DNA from: Myxococcota bacterium
GTDB taxonomy: Bacteria > Myxococcota > JACRCW01
Assembly (NCBI GenBank): GCA_040752415.1
Contig: JBFMGU010000006.1
Span: forward strand, 1-64,000
Direction of reading: 5' to 3'
DNA: 64,000 bases
A model generated the notes under the pieces. The model ran no database searches. It worked only from the letters and a program-made list of their open reading frames with translations, and was not told the origin of the DNA. The position numbers and the translations under genes were made by a program. This document shows, in pieces, positions 9,849 through 18,537 of this stretch. Every line of letters starts with the position of its first letter. Positions within the stretch are counted from its first letter, which is position 1.

Positions 9849-11396
9849 TCAACGTCGGAGCTGCCACACCTCGAAGCCACCACCGGACGGACAACCCGCC
9901 CCGCCCTCACCCGCAAACGACGCGAGCAGCTCCGCGCCGGGCTGCCCATCCACGTCCGCCCACGCCAGGTGCCACGGGCGACAACCCTGCCGCCACGCAG
10001 GGGGAGCCAGGGTCAGGGTGGGATGCAGGACGCTCCCGTGGTGGCGCCACATCCGCAGCGTGCCATCCTCCAACGCCACGGCGAGCTCCGCGCCCCCTTC
10101 GGTGGGTCGCGCAGCCAACGCGGTGATGCGCGCAGGGAGCGGCAGCGCGCGCAGCTCCTGCGTGTCGGCGGGGCCACGCAAGGTGACCAGGAGGTGCTCC
10201 CAGTGGGCGTCGCGCGCGCGCTGCAAACCCAGGAGGGCGTCCAGGCGGCCGTTCCCGTCGAGGTCCACCAGCGTCACCGCGCTCACCAGCGTGTTCGGAG
10301 CGGGCAGGGGCAACGTGCGCACCTCGGTCCCGTCGGGGCGGGACAGTCGCAACAGGTCCGCGGCGCCGGCCCGGGCGCTGGCCGCCAGCGCGTCGGCGCG
10401 ACCGTCTCCGTCCACGTCCCCCAGCGCAACGTCGTCGCCGAAGAGCAGGTCCTGCGGCGTGGTCAGCCGCGTGAAGCGCGTTCCGCGGGAGAGGAACACC
10501 TGCAGTCCCGGTGCCGACGTGGTGACGCCAGGACCCTCGCCACCGGGGGGACGCGGCCCGTCGGAGAGCGCCACGAGATCGGGATGGCCATCGCCGTCCC
10601 AGTCTCCCGCAGCCACCGCTCTCGACGAGAAACCGGCCGGCCCGGAGCGCGTGGGCGCGGGCAGGCCCTCCGTGCGCAGCTCAAAGCGCCCCGGCGCCAC
10701 CTGCGCCAGCACCACCACACCGCCGAGGTGGATGCCCAGCGCCAGGTCGGTGCGCCCGTCGCCATCGAAGTCCGCCGCGGCCGCGTCGCCGTAGTCGTAG
10801 GGGCCGGGAGGAATCACCGCTTCGCGCCACGGCGTGAAATGACCGGTGCCGTCGTTGCGCCAGATCTGCGGGCTGCGCGCACCCTTGCGTGCCGGGCCAT
10901 GGATGACCTCCAGGTCGCCGTCTCCGTCGATATCGACCACGTCGAACCCGTTGCGCCACTGGCCGGCGCGGGGCAATCCGCTCTCCAGCTCATGGGCGCT
11001 CCACGACGTGGTGGGCTCTTCCACCAACGGCTCGGGCGCGGGAGGCGGGCCGGCGTCGGGACGGGAAACCGCCGGGGCTTCCTCGATGCGCACGTAGTAC
11101 GTGAGGGCATCCTCGCCCTCCAGCGCGTAGATGCCGTCGGGGAGCACGCGCAGCGTGGTGGCGCTCACCCGCAGGGTGCGACCGGGCACCTTGGGAATGC
11201 GGCGGGTGGTGACACGCACGCCGGCGTCGGTGGTGCGCCATGCGTCGCCGCCGTCGGGAAGCAGGGGTTGCGGCGTCAGCGGTCCGGCGTGGGTGGGCGC
11301 GTCACAGCCTGGTGGACCGGCGTGCACCGCGGCAACGGCGAGCGACGCGACGAGCGCAGCGACGCTGATGAGAAGTGCCGAGGTGTCTTCGCGCAT
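9849..11396 (-). CDS. Secreted FG-GAP/VCBS repeat (beta-propeller) protein
   Basis: Signal peptide; repeated DxDGDGxxD motifs (DIDGDGDLE, DFDGDGRTD, DWDGDGHPD, DVDGDGRAD, DLDGNGRLD, DVDGQPGAE). Confidence 0.88.
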   Translation of the reverse strand: MREDTSALLISVAALVASLAVAAVHAGPPGCDAPTHAGPLTPQPLLPDGGDAWRTTDAGVRVTTRRIPKVPGRTLRVSATTLRVLPDGIYALEGEDALTYYVRIEEAPAVSRPDAGPPPAPEPLVEEPTTSWSAHELESGLPRAGQWRNGFDVVDIDGDGDLEVIHGPARKGARSPQIWRNDGTGHFTPWREAVIPPGPYDYGDAAAADFDGDGRTDLALGIHLGGVVVLAQVAPGRFELRTEGLPAPTRSGPAGFSSRAVAAGDWDGDGHPDLVALSDGPRPPGGEGPGVTTSAPGLQVFLSRGTRFTRLTTPQDLLFGDDVALGDVDGDGRADALAASARAGAADLLRLSRPDGTEVRTLPLPAPNTLVSAVTLVDLDGNGRLDALLGLQRARDAHWEHLLVTLRGPADTQELRALPLPARITALAARPTEGGAELAVALEDGTLRMWRHHGSVLHPTLTLAPPAWRQGCRPWHLAWADVDGQPGAELLASFAGEGGAGCPSGGGFEVWQLRR

Positions 11397-11506
11397 GCCG
11401 CGCGCCTTCTACGCGATGTGCCACGCCGTGACGAGGGCGAGCTCACGACCGATGCCCCGCCTCGCCAAGCGACACGGCCCCTGGCCTCGTGCCACATACG
11501 TCACCC

Positions 11507-14500
11507 ATGTCTTCCTGGGTCATCACCGCGCCGCAGCGCTGGCCGCTCTGCACGCTGGCGTATCTCAAGGGCAAGGGCCTGGAGTACGCGCGCGAACGGG
11601 CGGGCCGGATGCCACGCACCTACCAGCAGGCGCCGCGGCTGGACGGTGACCACCTCCTTGCCACCCTCACCTCCTTCCCGCCCGACTCCGATCCTCGTCG
11701 TGACTCCCGCAACCCGGAGCGCGTGGCCATCCTGGTGGTGCGCGGTCCCCGTCAGACCCAGCTGCGCGTGGAATGCACGTGCGGCGTGTACCGGTGTCTG
11801 CACGCGCTGGTGCTGCTGACGGACCTGGCGGTGTGGCCGGACTTCACCCGTGCGCTGACGACGGGACGGGACACCTCCGCGCTGCTCTCCGGCCTCGACG
11901 CTCGACGGGTGGGCCAGCTCCACTCCGCGGCCCTGGAGCAGCGGCTGGGCATCTGGATGAAGGTCCCCGCGGCGCGGGCGCCCCAGCCGGTGCGCTTCGT
12001 GGTCTCGCCGCAGTGGCTCACCGCGGAATGGAACGGCTCCCCGCGCGCGGATTCCACGCCGGCACTGGCGCTGGACGTCTACGTGGGAACCCGCACGCGG
12101 CCGCTTTCCGTCGACGAGCTGGAGACCGCCGCGCTCACCACCGCCGACCGCGAGCTGCTGGAGCTGTGCGTGCTCCACCGCTTTGGCGGCGGAGGGTTCG
12201 CGGCGCGTGGCTCGGTGGCGTCGCAGGTGCTGGCACAGCTGGAGGGCCGCGCGGTGATGCAACCGGCCAACGTGCGAGAGGACGAGCGCCCCCTGGCATT
12301 CGAGCCGTGGCGTCTGCTTCCGCGCGTGGTGCGTCGCACCGTGCCCCGCGGCTGGCTCCCGGGTGAGGCTCCCGACGAGGACGACGCCACGGTGGACGCC
12401 CTGGTGGCGGAGTGGGCCACCGCCGACGGCACGGTGGTCTCACCCATGACGCGCACCATGTTCTACCCGGGGAGGTCTCCGCGCGTGCTCTTGTGGGACC
12501 GCCTGGTGGTGGCGCACGTGGCGCCCGGCGTCGACGCGCTGCTCGCGCTGCACCTGCAGCGTCAGCCGGTGGTGCGCGTGGATGATTCCACCACCGCCGC
12601 GGCGGCCTGGAACACGCTGCGGAACGCCTGGCGGGGACGCGGGGTGGCCCTGCCCGCGCCGGAGCACGTGGAGGTGGCCACGGAATCCGCGCTGGCGTTG
12701 TGGCTCGCCGTCGACGGGAGCACGCTGCAGGTGGAGGCGCGCCTGGTGGCGGAATACGCCTTTGGCGCCTTTGACCTCCACCCCGACGAGGCCACCCGGG
12801 ATCCCCGACGGGACGCCGCGCGCGAGGACGCCGCCGTTGCCGCGGTCCAGGAGGCGGGGCTCAGCTACGACGAGGGCCAACGCCTCTGGACCGCGGAGGA
12901 CGACGCGGCCGCGCGCTGGTGGCTGCGCGGTGTCGGCTCCCTGCCCGACGTGGAGGTGCGGGTGGCGGAGTCCCTACTGGGCATCCAGGTGCGCGGCGCG
13001 CTCAAACCGCACCTCGGCGTGGGCGTGATGCAGGGCATGCTGGAGGCGTCGCTGGTGCTGGACGTGAACGGCCTGCGCGCGGACATGGAGGACGTGCGGC
13101 AGGCGCTCCGACGGAAGCGGCGCTTCGTCCGGCTCTCCGACGGAACGCTGGCGGAGATGCAGGACCACCTGCGCGCGGTGCTGGAGGAGAACCCGGAGCT
13201 GGTGACCGGGGGCGGCGTGGCGCGCATCCCGCTGCACCAGGGCGCGCGCGTGCACGCGTGGCTCACCGAGCTGGAAGGCACCACCAGCAACGAGCCCGCG
13301 CAAGCCTGGCGTGACGACGTCACCCGCGGTCCATGGGCGGAAGCGGAGCTGCCCGAGGGCCTGACGGTGGACCTGCGTCCCTACCAGCGCGAGGGCGTGG
13401 CGTGGCTGCAATGGCTCACCCGCGTGGGCGCCGGCGGAATCCTCGCCGACGACATGGGGCTGGGGAAGACGGTGCAGACGTTGTGCTGGCTGGCCGGGCT
13501 GCATCGGGAGAGGGACGCGGGCACGTCGCTGGTGATCTGTCCCACGTCGGTGGCGCACCACTGGGCGGCGGAAGCGGCGCGCATGATCCCCTCGCTGCGC
13601 GTGGAGGTGTGGCACGGCGCGGAGCGCAAACGGCAACGCCCGAAGGAGCTGGACCTGCTGGTGACGACGTACGGCGTGGTCCGCCAGGACGCCGACTGGC
13701 TCTCCCAGCAGACGTGGAAGGCGCTGGTGCTGGACGAGGCGCAGCAGATCAAGAACGCCGACGCCGTCACCTCCCGCGTGGTGCGCCAGCTCCCGGCCAG
13801 CGTGCGCGTGGCGCTGACCGGAACACCGCTGGAGAACCGGCTGCTGGACCTCTGGACGCTGGTGGACCTGGTGAACCCGGGGCTGCTGGGCCCGCGCAAG
13901 CACTTCGAGGCATTCGTGGAGCCGCTGGTGATGCGTGAGCCCGACGGGTGGCAGTCCCGCCGCATCCGCACGCGCGTGGCGCCCTACATCCTGCGTCGCA
14001 CCAAGGCCCAGGTGCTGCGCGACCTCCCCGAGAAGATCGAGCAGGACCGGTCCGTGCTGCCCACCATGCAACAGCGGCGCGTCTATGATGCCGTGGCCGC
14101 CATGGCCCGTGCCGACGTGGCCCGCATGCTGCGCAACAAGGGTGTGGAGCAGGCGCGCATCACGGTGCTGGCCGCGCTGACCCGCCTGCGCCAGGTGGCG
14201 TGCGACCCGCGCCTCGTCGACCCGGAGCGTTCCGCGGAGGAGAGCGCCAAGCGCATGGAGTTCCTGGCGCTGGTGGAGAGCCTGGTGGCGGCGGGACGAC
14301 GCGTGTTGGTGTTCAGCAGTTTCGTGGAGCTGCTGACGTTGTGGCGCCGGGACCTGCATGAGCTGGGAATCCGCCACGAGTACCTGGACGGCGCCACGCG
14401 CGACCGCGCGGAGGTGGTGCGTCGTTTCCAGGAGGGCGACGCGCCGCTGATGGTGGTGAGCCTGAAGGCGGGCGGTACCGGGCTGAACCTCACCGCCGCC

Positions 14501-14764
14501 GACGCGGTGATTCTCGTCGACCCGTGGTGGAATCCCGCCGTGGAGGACCAGGCCGCCGACCGCGCGCACCGTCTGGGGCAGGACCGCGCGGTGACGGTGT
14601 ACCGCCTCATCACGCGCGGCACCGTCGAGGAGCGCATCCTGCAGCTCAAGCAGCGCAAGCGCGCCCTGGCCGACGTGGTGCTCTCCGGCGCCCCCAGCCG
14701 CACGGTGACGCTGGATCCCACCGAGGCGCTCGATCTCCTCGAGGACGCGGAAGCCTCAGCGTGA
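11507..14764 (+). CDS. SNF2-family helicase/ATPase with N-terminal SWIM-like zinc finger
   Basis: CTCGVYRCLH; LRPYQREG, GILADDMGLGKT, LDEAQQIKN, ALTGTPLEN, ILRRTK, SLKAGGTGLNL, DPWWNPAVEDQAADRAHRLGQ. Confidence 0.95.
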   Translation: MSSWVITAPQRWPLCTLAYLKGKGLEYARERAGRMPRTYQQAPRLDGDHLLATLTSFPPDSDPRRDSRNPERVAILVVRGPRQTQLRVECTCGVYRCLHALVLLTDLAVWPDFTRALTTGRDTSALLSGLDARRVGQLHSAALEQRLGIWMKVPAARAPQPVRFVVSPQWLTAEWNGSPRADSTPALALDVYVGTRTRPLSVDELETAALTTADRELLELCVLHRFGGGGFAARGSVASQVLAQLEGRAVMQPANVREDERPLAFEPWRLLPRVVRRTVPRGWLPGEAPDEDDATVDALVAEWATADGTVVSPMTRTMFYPGRSPRVLLWDRLVVAHVAPGVDALLALHLQRQPVVRVDDSTTAAAAWNTLRNAWRGRGVALPAPEHVEVATESALALWLAVDGSTLQVEARLVAEYAFGAFDLHPDEATRDPRRDAAREDAAVAAVQEAGLSYDEGQRLWTAEDDAAARWWLRGVGSLPDVEVRVAESLLGIQVRGALKPHLGVGVMQGMLEASLVLDVNGLRADMEDVRQALRRKRRFVRLSDGTLAEMQDHLRAVLEENPELVTGGGVARIPLHQGARVHAWLTELEGTTSNEPAQAWRDDVTRGPWAEAELPEGLTVDLRPYQREGVAWLQWLTRVGAGGILADDMGLGKTVQTLCWLAGLHRERDAGTSLVICPTSVAHHWAAEAARMIPSLRVEVWHGAERKRQRPKELDLLVTTYGVVRQDADWLSQQTWKALVLDEAQQIKNADAVTSRVVRQLPASVRVALTGTPLENRLLDLWTLVDLVNPGLLGPRKHFEAFVEPLVMREPDGWQSRRIRTRVAPYILRRTKAQVLRDLPEKIEQDRSVLPTMQQRRVYDAVAAMARADVARMLRNKGVEQARITVLAALTRLRQVACDPRLVDPERSAEESAKRMEFLALVESLVAAGRRVLVFSSFVELLTLWRRDLHELGIRHEYLDGATRDRAEVVRRFQEGDAPLMVVSLKAGGTGLNLTAADAVILVDPWWNPAVEDQAADRAHRLGQDRAVTVYRLITRGTVEERILQLKQRKRALADVVLSGAPSRTVTLDPTEALDLLEDAEASA

Positions 14765-14772
14765 GACGCTTC

Positions 14773-16383
14773 TCAGCGACGTCGACGGAGCAGCACCAAC
14801 AACCCGGCCACCAACAAACCGATGCGCACGTCGGGCGAATCCGGCGTGGCCGCGCAGCGGCAGCCACGCTCACCGGTCTCGCCATCACTCGCCGCCCCAC
14901 CGCTGGACATCGTCACCCCGCCTGGCGCACCGCCGCTGGACGAGCTCGCCGCCGCGCTGCTGGAAGAGGATGACGTTGACGCAGCGGTGGAGGACGACGA
15001 GGACGACGTCAACGACGACGAGGACGACGAGGACGAGGCCGCCGCCGCGCTGCTCGAGGTGCCACCGGTGGTCGCGCCGGATGCGCTCGTCGAGCTGGCG
15101 CTGCCGGTCGCCGCACTGGAGCTCACCGTCGCGCTGGATGTCGTCGTCGCGGAGCTGGACGTCGAGGTGCCGCTGCCGGACGAGGCGCCGCCGGACGACA
15201 CACTCGCGCTGGAAGAAGCCGTGGAGCTGGACGTCACTTCCTGCACCGACGACGACACGCCCCCGGTCGACGTGCTCGACGCGACCGAACCGCTCGACGC
15301 CGCCGAGCTCGAGCTCTCCGCCCCGCCGGTCGAGCTTGCAGCCGACGTGGAGGATGACGCCGAGGAGCTGCTGGAGCTGGTCGCGGGCAACACGCGAAGC
15401 GTCACCGACACGAGCACCGACCCGCTCACCACGTCATCCGAGTGGACGAACATCCCGCCCGAATACACGTCCGCGACCAGGCCCGTCGGGTCCACGCGCA
15501 GCATGAGGGTGGCGGTTTCATCGCTGAGCAGCGTTCCGGATGCGGTCAGCTCGTCCAGCCACGCGTCCTCCGGCCACACCGAGGTGGTCCAAGCCACGTC
15601 GGTGTGTTGGGCCGGCGTCACCAGCAGCTCCACCGGCACTTCCACCGCCGGCGAACCTTCCTGCACTGAAAGCTCGACATCGGTGGGTTCGACGACGAGC
15701 TGGGCGTTGGGTGTCAGCACGTCCGTGCTGGGTGTGTGGGTGGCCGACACGAAGCTGAACACCACCTGCACCGGGAATTGCGGAACGGTGAAGGAAAGGA
15801 GATCGCCACCCGGCACGCCACCCTGGCCATAGTTTTCGTCCCAGGAGAGGTTGATCGCGGCCTTCCAGGACCACGTCCCGGGCGGCAGCTGGGAATCCAA
15901 CGTCATCGTGTAGACGCCGTCTCCGCCGACGTCCTGGAGCCAGCTCCGCATGCAGTCGGGCGTCCAGTCACCCGGGCAGCCGATCTGGCTCTGGTAGTCG
16001 CCCGGCGCGGTGACGATGCGATGCGAAACGTTGTTGGGTGCCCAGTGGGTCCGCTCGCTGAAGTAGAACCGCACGTTCTGGGCGGAAGCCAGCTCCAGCG
16101 TGTACGACTCTCCATTGGGAACGCCGCCCACACCGTAGTTCTCTTCCCAGCTGTTGTTGATCGCGATCTTGTATTGCCAGGTGCCGGCAGGGACGAAAGC
16201 GCTGAACCGCCACACGTCGTCGAAGCCACGGGTGAGCTGCGTGTTGCCGCACGTGGGGTCCCAGTCCGCGGGGCAGCCGAGCGCCGATTGGAGGGAACCG
16301 GCCAGCGTCACGGAGGCGGGCTGGGCGCTGGCGCCGACGGGACTCAGCAGGAGAACGGCAATGAAGACATGGCTGCGGCGCAT
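14773..16383 (-). CDS. Surface protein with two pullulanase X25-like domains, a BACON/Ig-like domain, a Ser/Thr-rich stalk and a MYXO-CTERM anchor
   Basis: Signal peptide MRRSHVFIAVLLLSPVGASA; AGSLQSALGCPADWDP..YKIAINNSWEENYG and PGDYQSQIGCPGDWTP..WKAAINLSWDENYG; poly-Ser tract; GCRCAA...LLVLLRRRR. Confidence 0.85.
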   Translation of the reverse strand: MRRSHVFIAVLLLSPVGASAQPASVTLAGSLQSALGCPADWDPTCGNTQLTRGFDDVWRFSAFVPAGTWQYKIAINNSWEENYGVGGVPNGESYTLELASAQNVRFYFSERTHWAPNNVSHRIVTAPGDYQSQIGCPGDWTPDCMRSWLQDVGGDGVYTMTLDSQLPPGTWSWKAAINLSWDENYGQGGVPGGDLLSFTVPQFPVQVVFSFVSATHTPSTDVLTPNAQLVVEPTDVELSVQEGSPAVEVPVELLVTPAQHTDVAWTTSVWPEDAWLDELTASGTLLSDETATLMLRVDPTGLVADVYSGGMFVHSDDVVSGSVLVSVTLRVLPATSSSSSSASSSTSAASSTGGAESSSSAASSGSVASSTSTGGVSSSVQEVTSSSTASSSASVSSGGASSGSGTSTSSSATTTSSATVSSSAATGSASSTSASGATTGGTSSSAAAASSSSSSSSLTSSSSSSTAASTSSSSSSAAASSSSGGAPGGVTMSSGGAASDGETGERGCRCAATPDSPDVRIGLLVAGLLVLLRRRR

Positions 16384-16492
16384 TGACACTCCGGACGAAG
16401 AGTATGCTCTTAGCACAGCTTCGGATCCGGGATGGCCGTTGCGCGAATGTCATCCGGGCAGCCCGGGCAACGTTGGTTCAATCGCCGCTCTC

Positions 16493-17494
16493 TCAGCCCG
16501 CCCGCGCCGCCGCGCGCCAGAGCGCACGCATGCCCCGCGCGTCGTCGTACAGTTGCGCCGTGCGCAGCGCGCGACACAACGACTCCACCCGCTGCGCCGT
16601 GGGCCGGGTGGCGCGGATGTCGTCGGGTTCCATCTCCAGCGTCCCATGCGCCGCGCGCAACGACGTCATCCACGTTCCCTTCAGCACGACGGAGGGAAGG
16701 CGCGCGGGGTCCCACCGCCCATGACGGTGCAAGGGCTCCTGCAGGGCTTCCTCCAGGATTCGCCGCGCGTGCAGGACCGCATCACCTTCCGCGTGATGTC
16801 GCCGGAGCGCCGCCAGGCGAGCGGGCTCCTGCACCAGGTGCGGCGCATGACGACGTCCACCACAGGCGCGGATGAGCGAGGCTGAAGCGCGCTCCCATGC
16901 CGTGAGGAAACGCGTCCACGCTCGTGGCTCCCGCGGCAGCCCCAGCGCGGCGGTCAGGTCGTGGAACGCATGAGGCGGGAGCAGCGCCTGCAGGTGGCGG
17001 AGCTTGGGAACACGACCGCCGTAGGTGGCAAACACGTGCAGACACGCCACGCGCCACGCCAGCTCCCGCAGGTGCATCAACCGGTGCCACGACGAGCCGA
17101 TGAGCGCGTGCTCGCTCGCGTCCAGGATGGCCTCGCGCGAGGCGGCGACGATGCTCGCGTGGATGCGCGCGCGCTCCAGCGCGTAACGTCGACGAATGCG
17201 CGCGAAGTGTCCGTGCGGATCATGGAGCACCCAGAGGTCGTCCACGTCGTAGAAGCACAGGTTGTCCAGGCTGGCAGCGTGCTCGGGCGTCTGCAGCAGC
17301 AGCGTCACGGGGACGCCGCGGTGGAAGAAGTGGTGCCGTCCGTCGAGGTGCCCCAGCACCCAGAGGTCCACGTCGCTGTGTGGCCCAGGCTGCCCGCGCC
17401 CCACGCTCCCGGTGACCGCCACGCCCAGCGTGTTCCCACGCATCAGCCGCGCCGCGACGTCGAGGGCCACCTGGTGCTGGAGGAAGGGAGGCAT
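16493..17494 (-). CDS. Nucleotidyltransferase domain protein (DNA polymerase beta superfamily)
   Basis: VAVTGSVGRGQPGPHSDVDLWV matches GS-x10-D-x-D; helical C-terminal region. Confidence 0.75.
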   Translation of the reverse strand: MPPFLQHQVALDVAARLMRGNTLGVAVTGSVGRGQPGPHSDVDLWVLGHLDGRHHFFHRGVPVTLLLQTPEHAASLDNLCFYDVDDLWVLHDPHGHFARIRRRYALERARIHASIVAASREAILDASEHALIGSSWHRLMHLRELAWRVACLHVFATYGGRVPKLRHLQALLPPHAFHDLTAALGLPREPRAWTRFLTAWERASASLIRACGGRRHAPHLVQEPARLAALRRHHAEGDAVLHARRILEEALQEPLHRHGRWDPARLPSVVLKGTWMTSLRAAHGTLEMEPDDIRATRPTAQRVESLCRALRTAQLYDDARGMRALWRAAARAG

Positions 17495-17578
17495 GGCGCG
17501 GAAAAGAAACGAGCGGGCCGCGCAAGGGAAAACGCGCGTGCCCGCTCCTTGTACCTTCAATCCCCCGTCGTGGGCGAA

Positions 17579-18409
17579 TCAGGAGCCGATGCCGCCGGCG
17601 CCGCCACCGCCCCAGCCACCGCCACCGCTGCCCCCGCCGCCGACGAACCGGCCGCCACCCCAGCCGCTGTCGCCGCCACCCACGGAACGACCACCTCCGC
17701 CACGACGACCGATCGAGCCGCCACCACTGTCGCCACCGCCGACGAACCGGCCGCCGCCGCCACCGCTGTCACTGCCACCCACGTGACGACGGGGGCTGAT
17801 GCCGGAATCCAGGCCCCCGGTGCGCGCGTCCACCAGCGCGCCCAGGCCACCGCGACCGGCCTTGGGCATGGGGAAGGGACCGGCGTACTGGGTCATGCCG
17901 GCAAACCCACCGGAGCGCTCGATGAAGAACTGCGTGGCCTTGTCGGGGTCGGTCTGGGGAGAGCCGGGTCGCAGGCCGCCGGTGGGAATCAGCACGGAGT
18001 AGGCGAACCCGTCGGGATGACGCTCCCGCATGAGCTCCTCACGGAACATGCGCGGGCCGAGGGGAAGCGAGGACTGCCAGTTCACCGTGCCGCGCGTGTT
18101 GAGGCTGTTGAACTTGGCCAGGATGGCGCTGGCCGTGCTCGGGCTGAGCTTGCCGTCGTCGCCACCACCGCTGCGCTCGTGCTGGGCCACGAAGGCCTGC
18201 AGGACCTCGCGCGCACCGTCGGTCATGGTGGCCTTGGCGAGCACATCCTTGGCCGCCTTCAGCTCCGAGGTGCTCACCTTGCCATTGCCGTCCAGGTGAC
18301 GGAGCGCCTTCTCCGCTTCCGTCTTGGACAGCTTCTTGCCGGAGGTGCTCCCGGCCTTCTGGAACTCCTGGATTGCGGAATTGAACTGCTTCACCGACGA
18401 GATCGCCAT
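17579..18409 (-). CDS. Hypothetical protein with Gly-rich repetitive C-terminus
   Basis: Start MAISSVKQF after GAAGGAA; coding-like codon usage; FFIERSGGFAG motif; C-terminal repeats R(F/S/H)VGG(G/S)(D/G)SG x4. Confidence 0.8.
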   Translation of the reverse strand: MAISSVKQFNSAIQEFQKAGSTSGKKLSKTEAEKALRHLDGNGKVSTSELKAAKDVLAKATMTDGAREVLQAFVAQHERSGGGDDGKLSPSTASAILAKFNSLNTRGTVNWQSSLPLGPRMFREELMRERHPDGFAYSVLIPTGGLRPGSPQTDPDKATQFFIERSGGFAGMTQYAGPFPMPKAGRGGLGALVDARTGGLDSGISPRRHVGGSDSGGGGGRFVGGGDSGGGSIGRRGGGGRSVGGGDSGWGGGRFVGGGGSGGGGWGGGGAGGIGS

Positions 18410-18537
18410 GGGATTCCTTCCGTGCGCTCCGTGCGCAGCAACGCGCCTGGACTTAGGAGCCGGTGGCGCACTTCTCAATCGCCGGCCTGACGCCCTGCGT
18501 CACAACCCACGACGGGCGACCGTGGTGGTGTGCCGTC

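Noticed and set aside
11507..14764. SNF2 helicase as part of an anti-phage system
   Set aside because: SWIM-SNF2 architecture is common in bacteria, and no methylase, nuclease or other defence gene is adjacent
17582..17790. Gly-rich repeats as a RiPP multi-core precursor
   Set aside because: No recognisable maturase (radical SAM, YcaO, LanM, ATP-grasp), peptidase or exporter nearby
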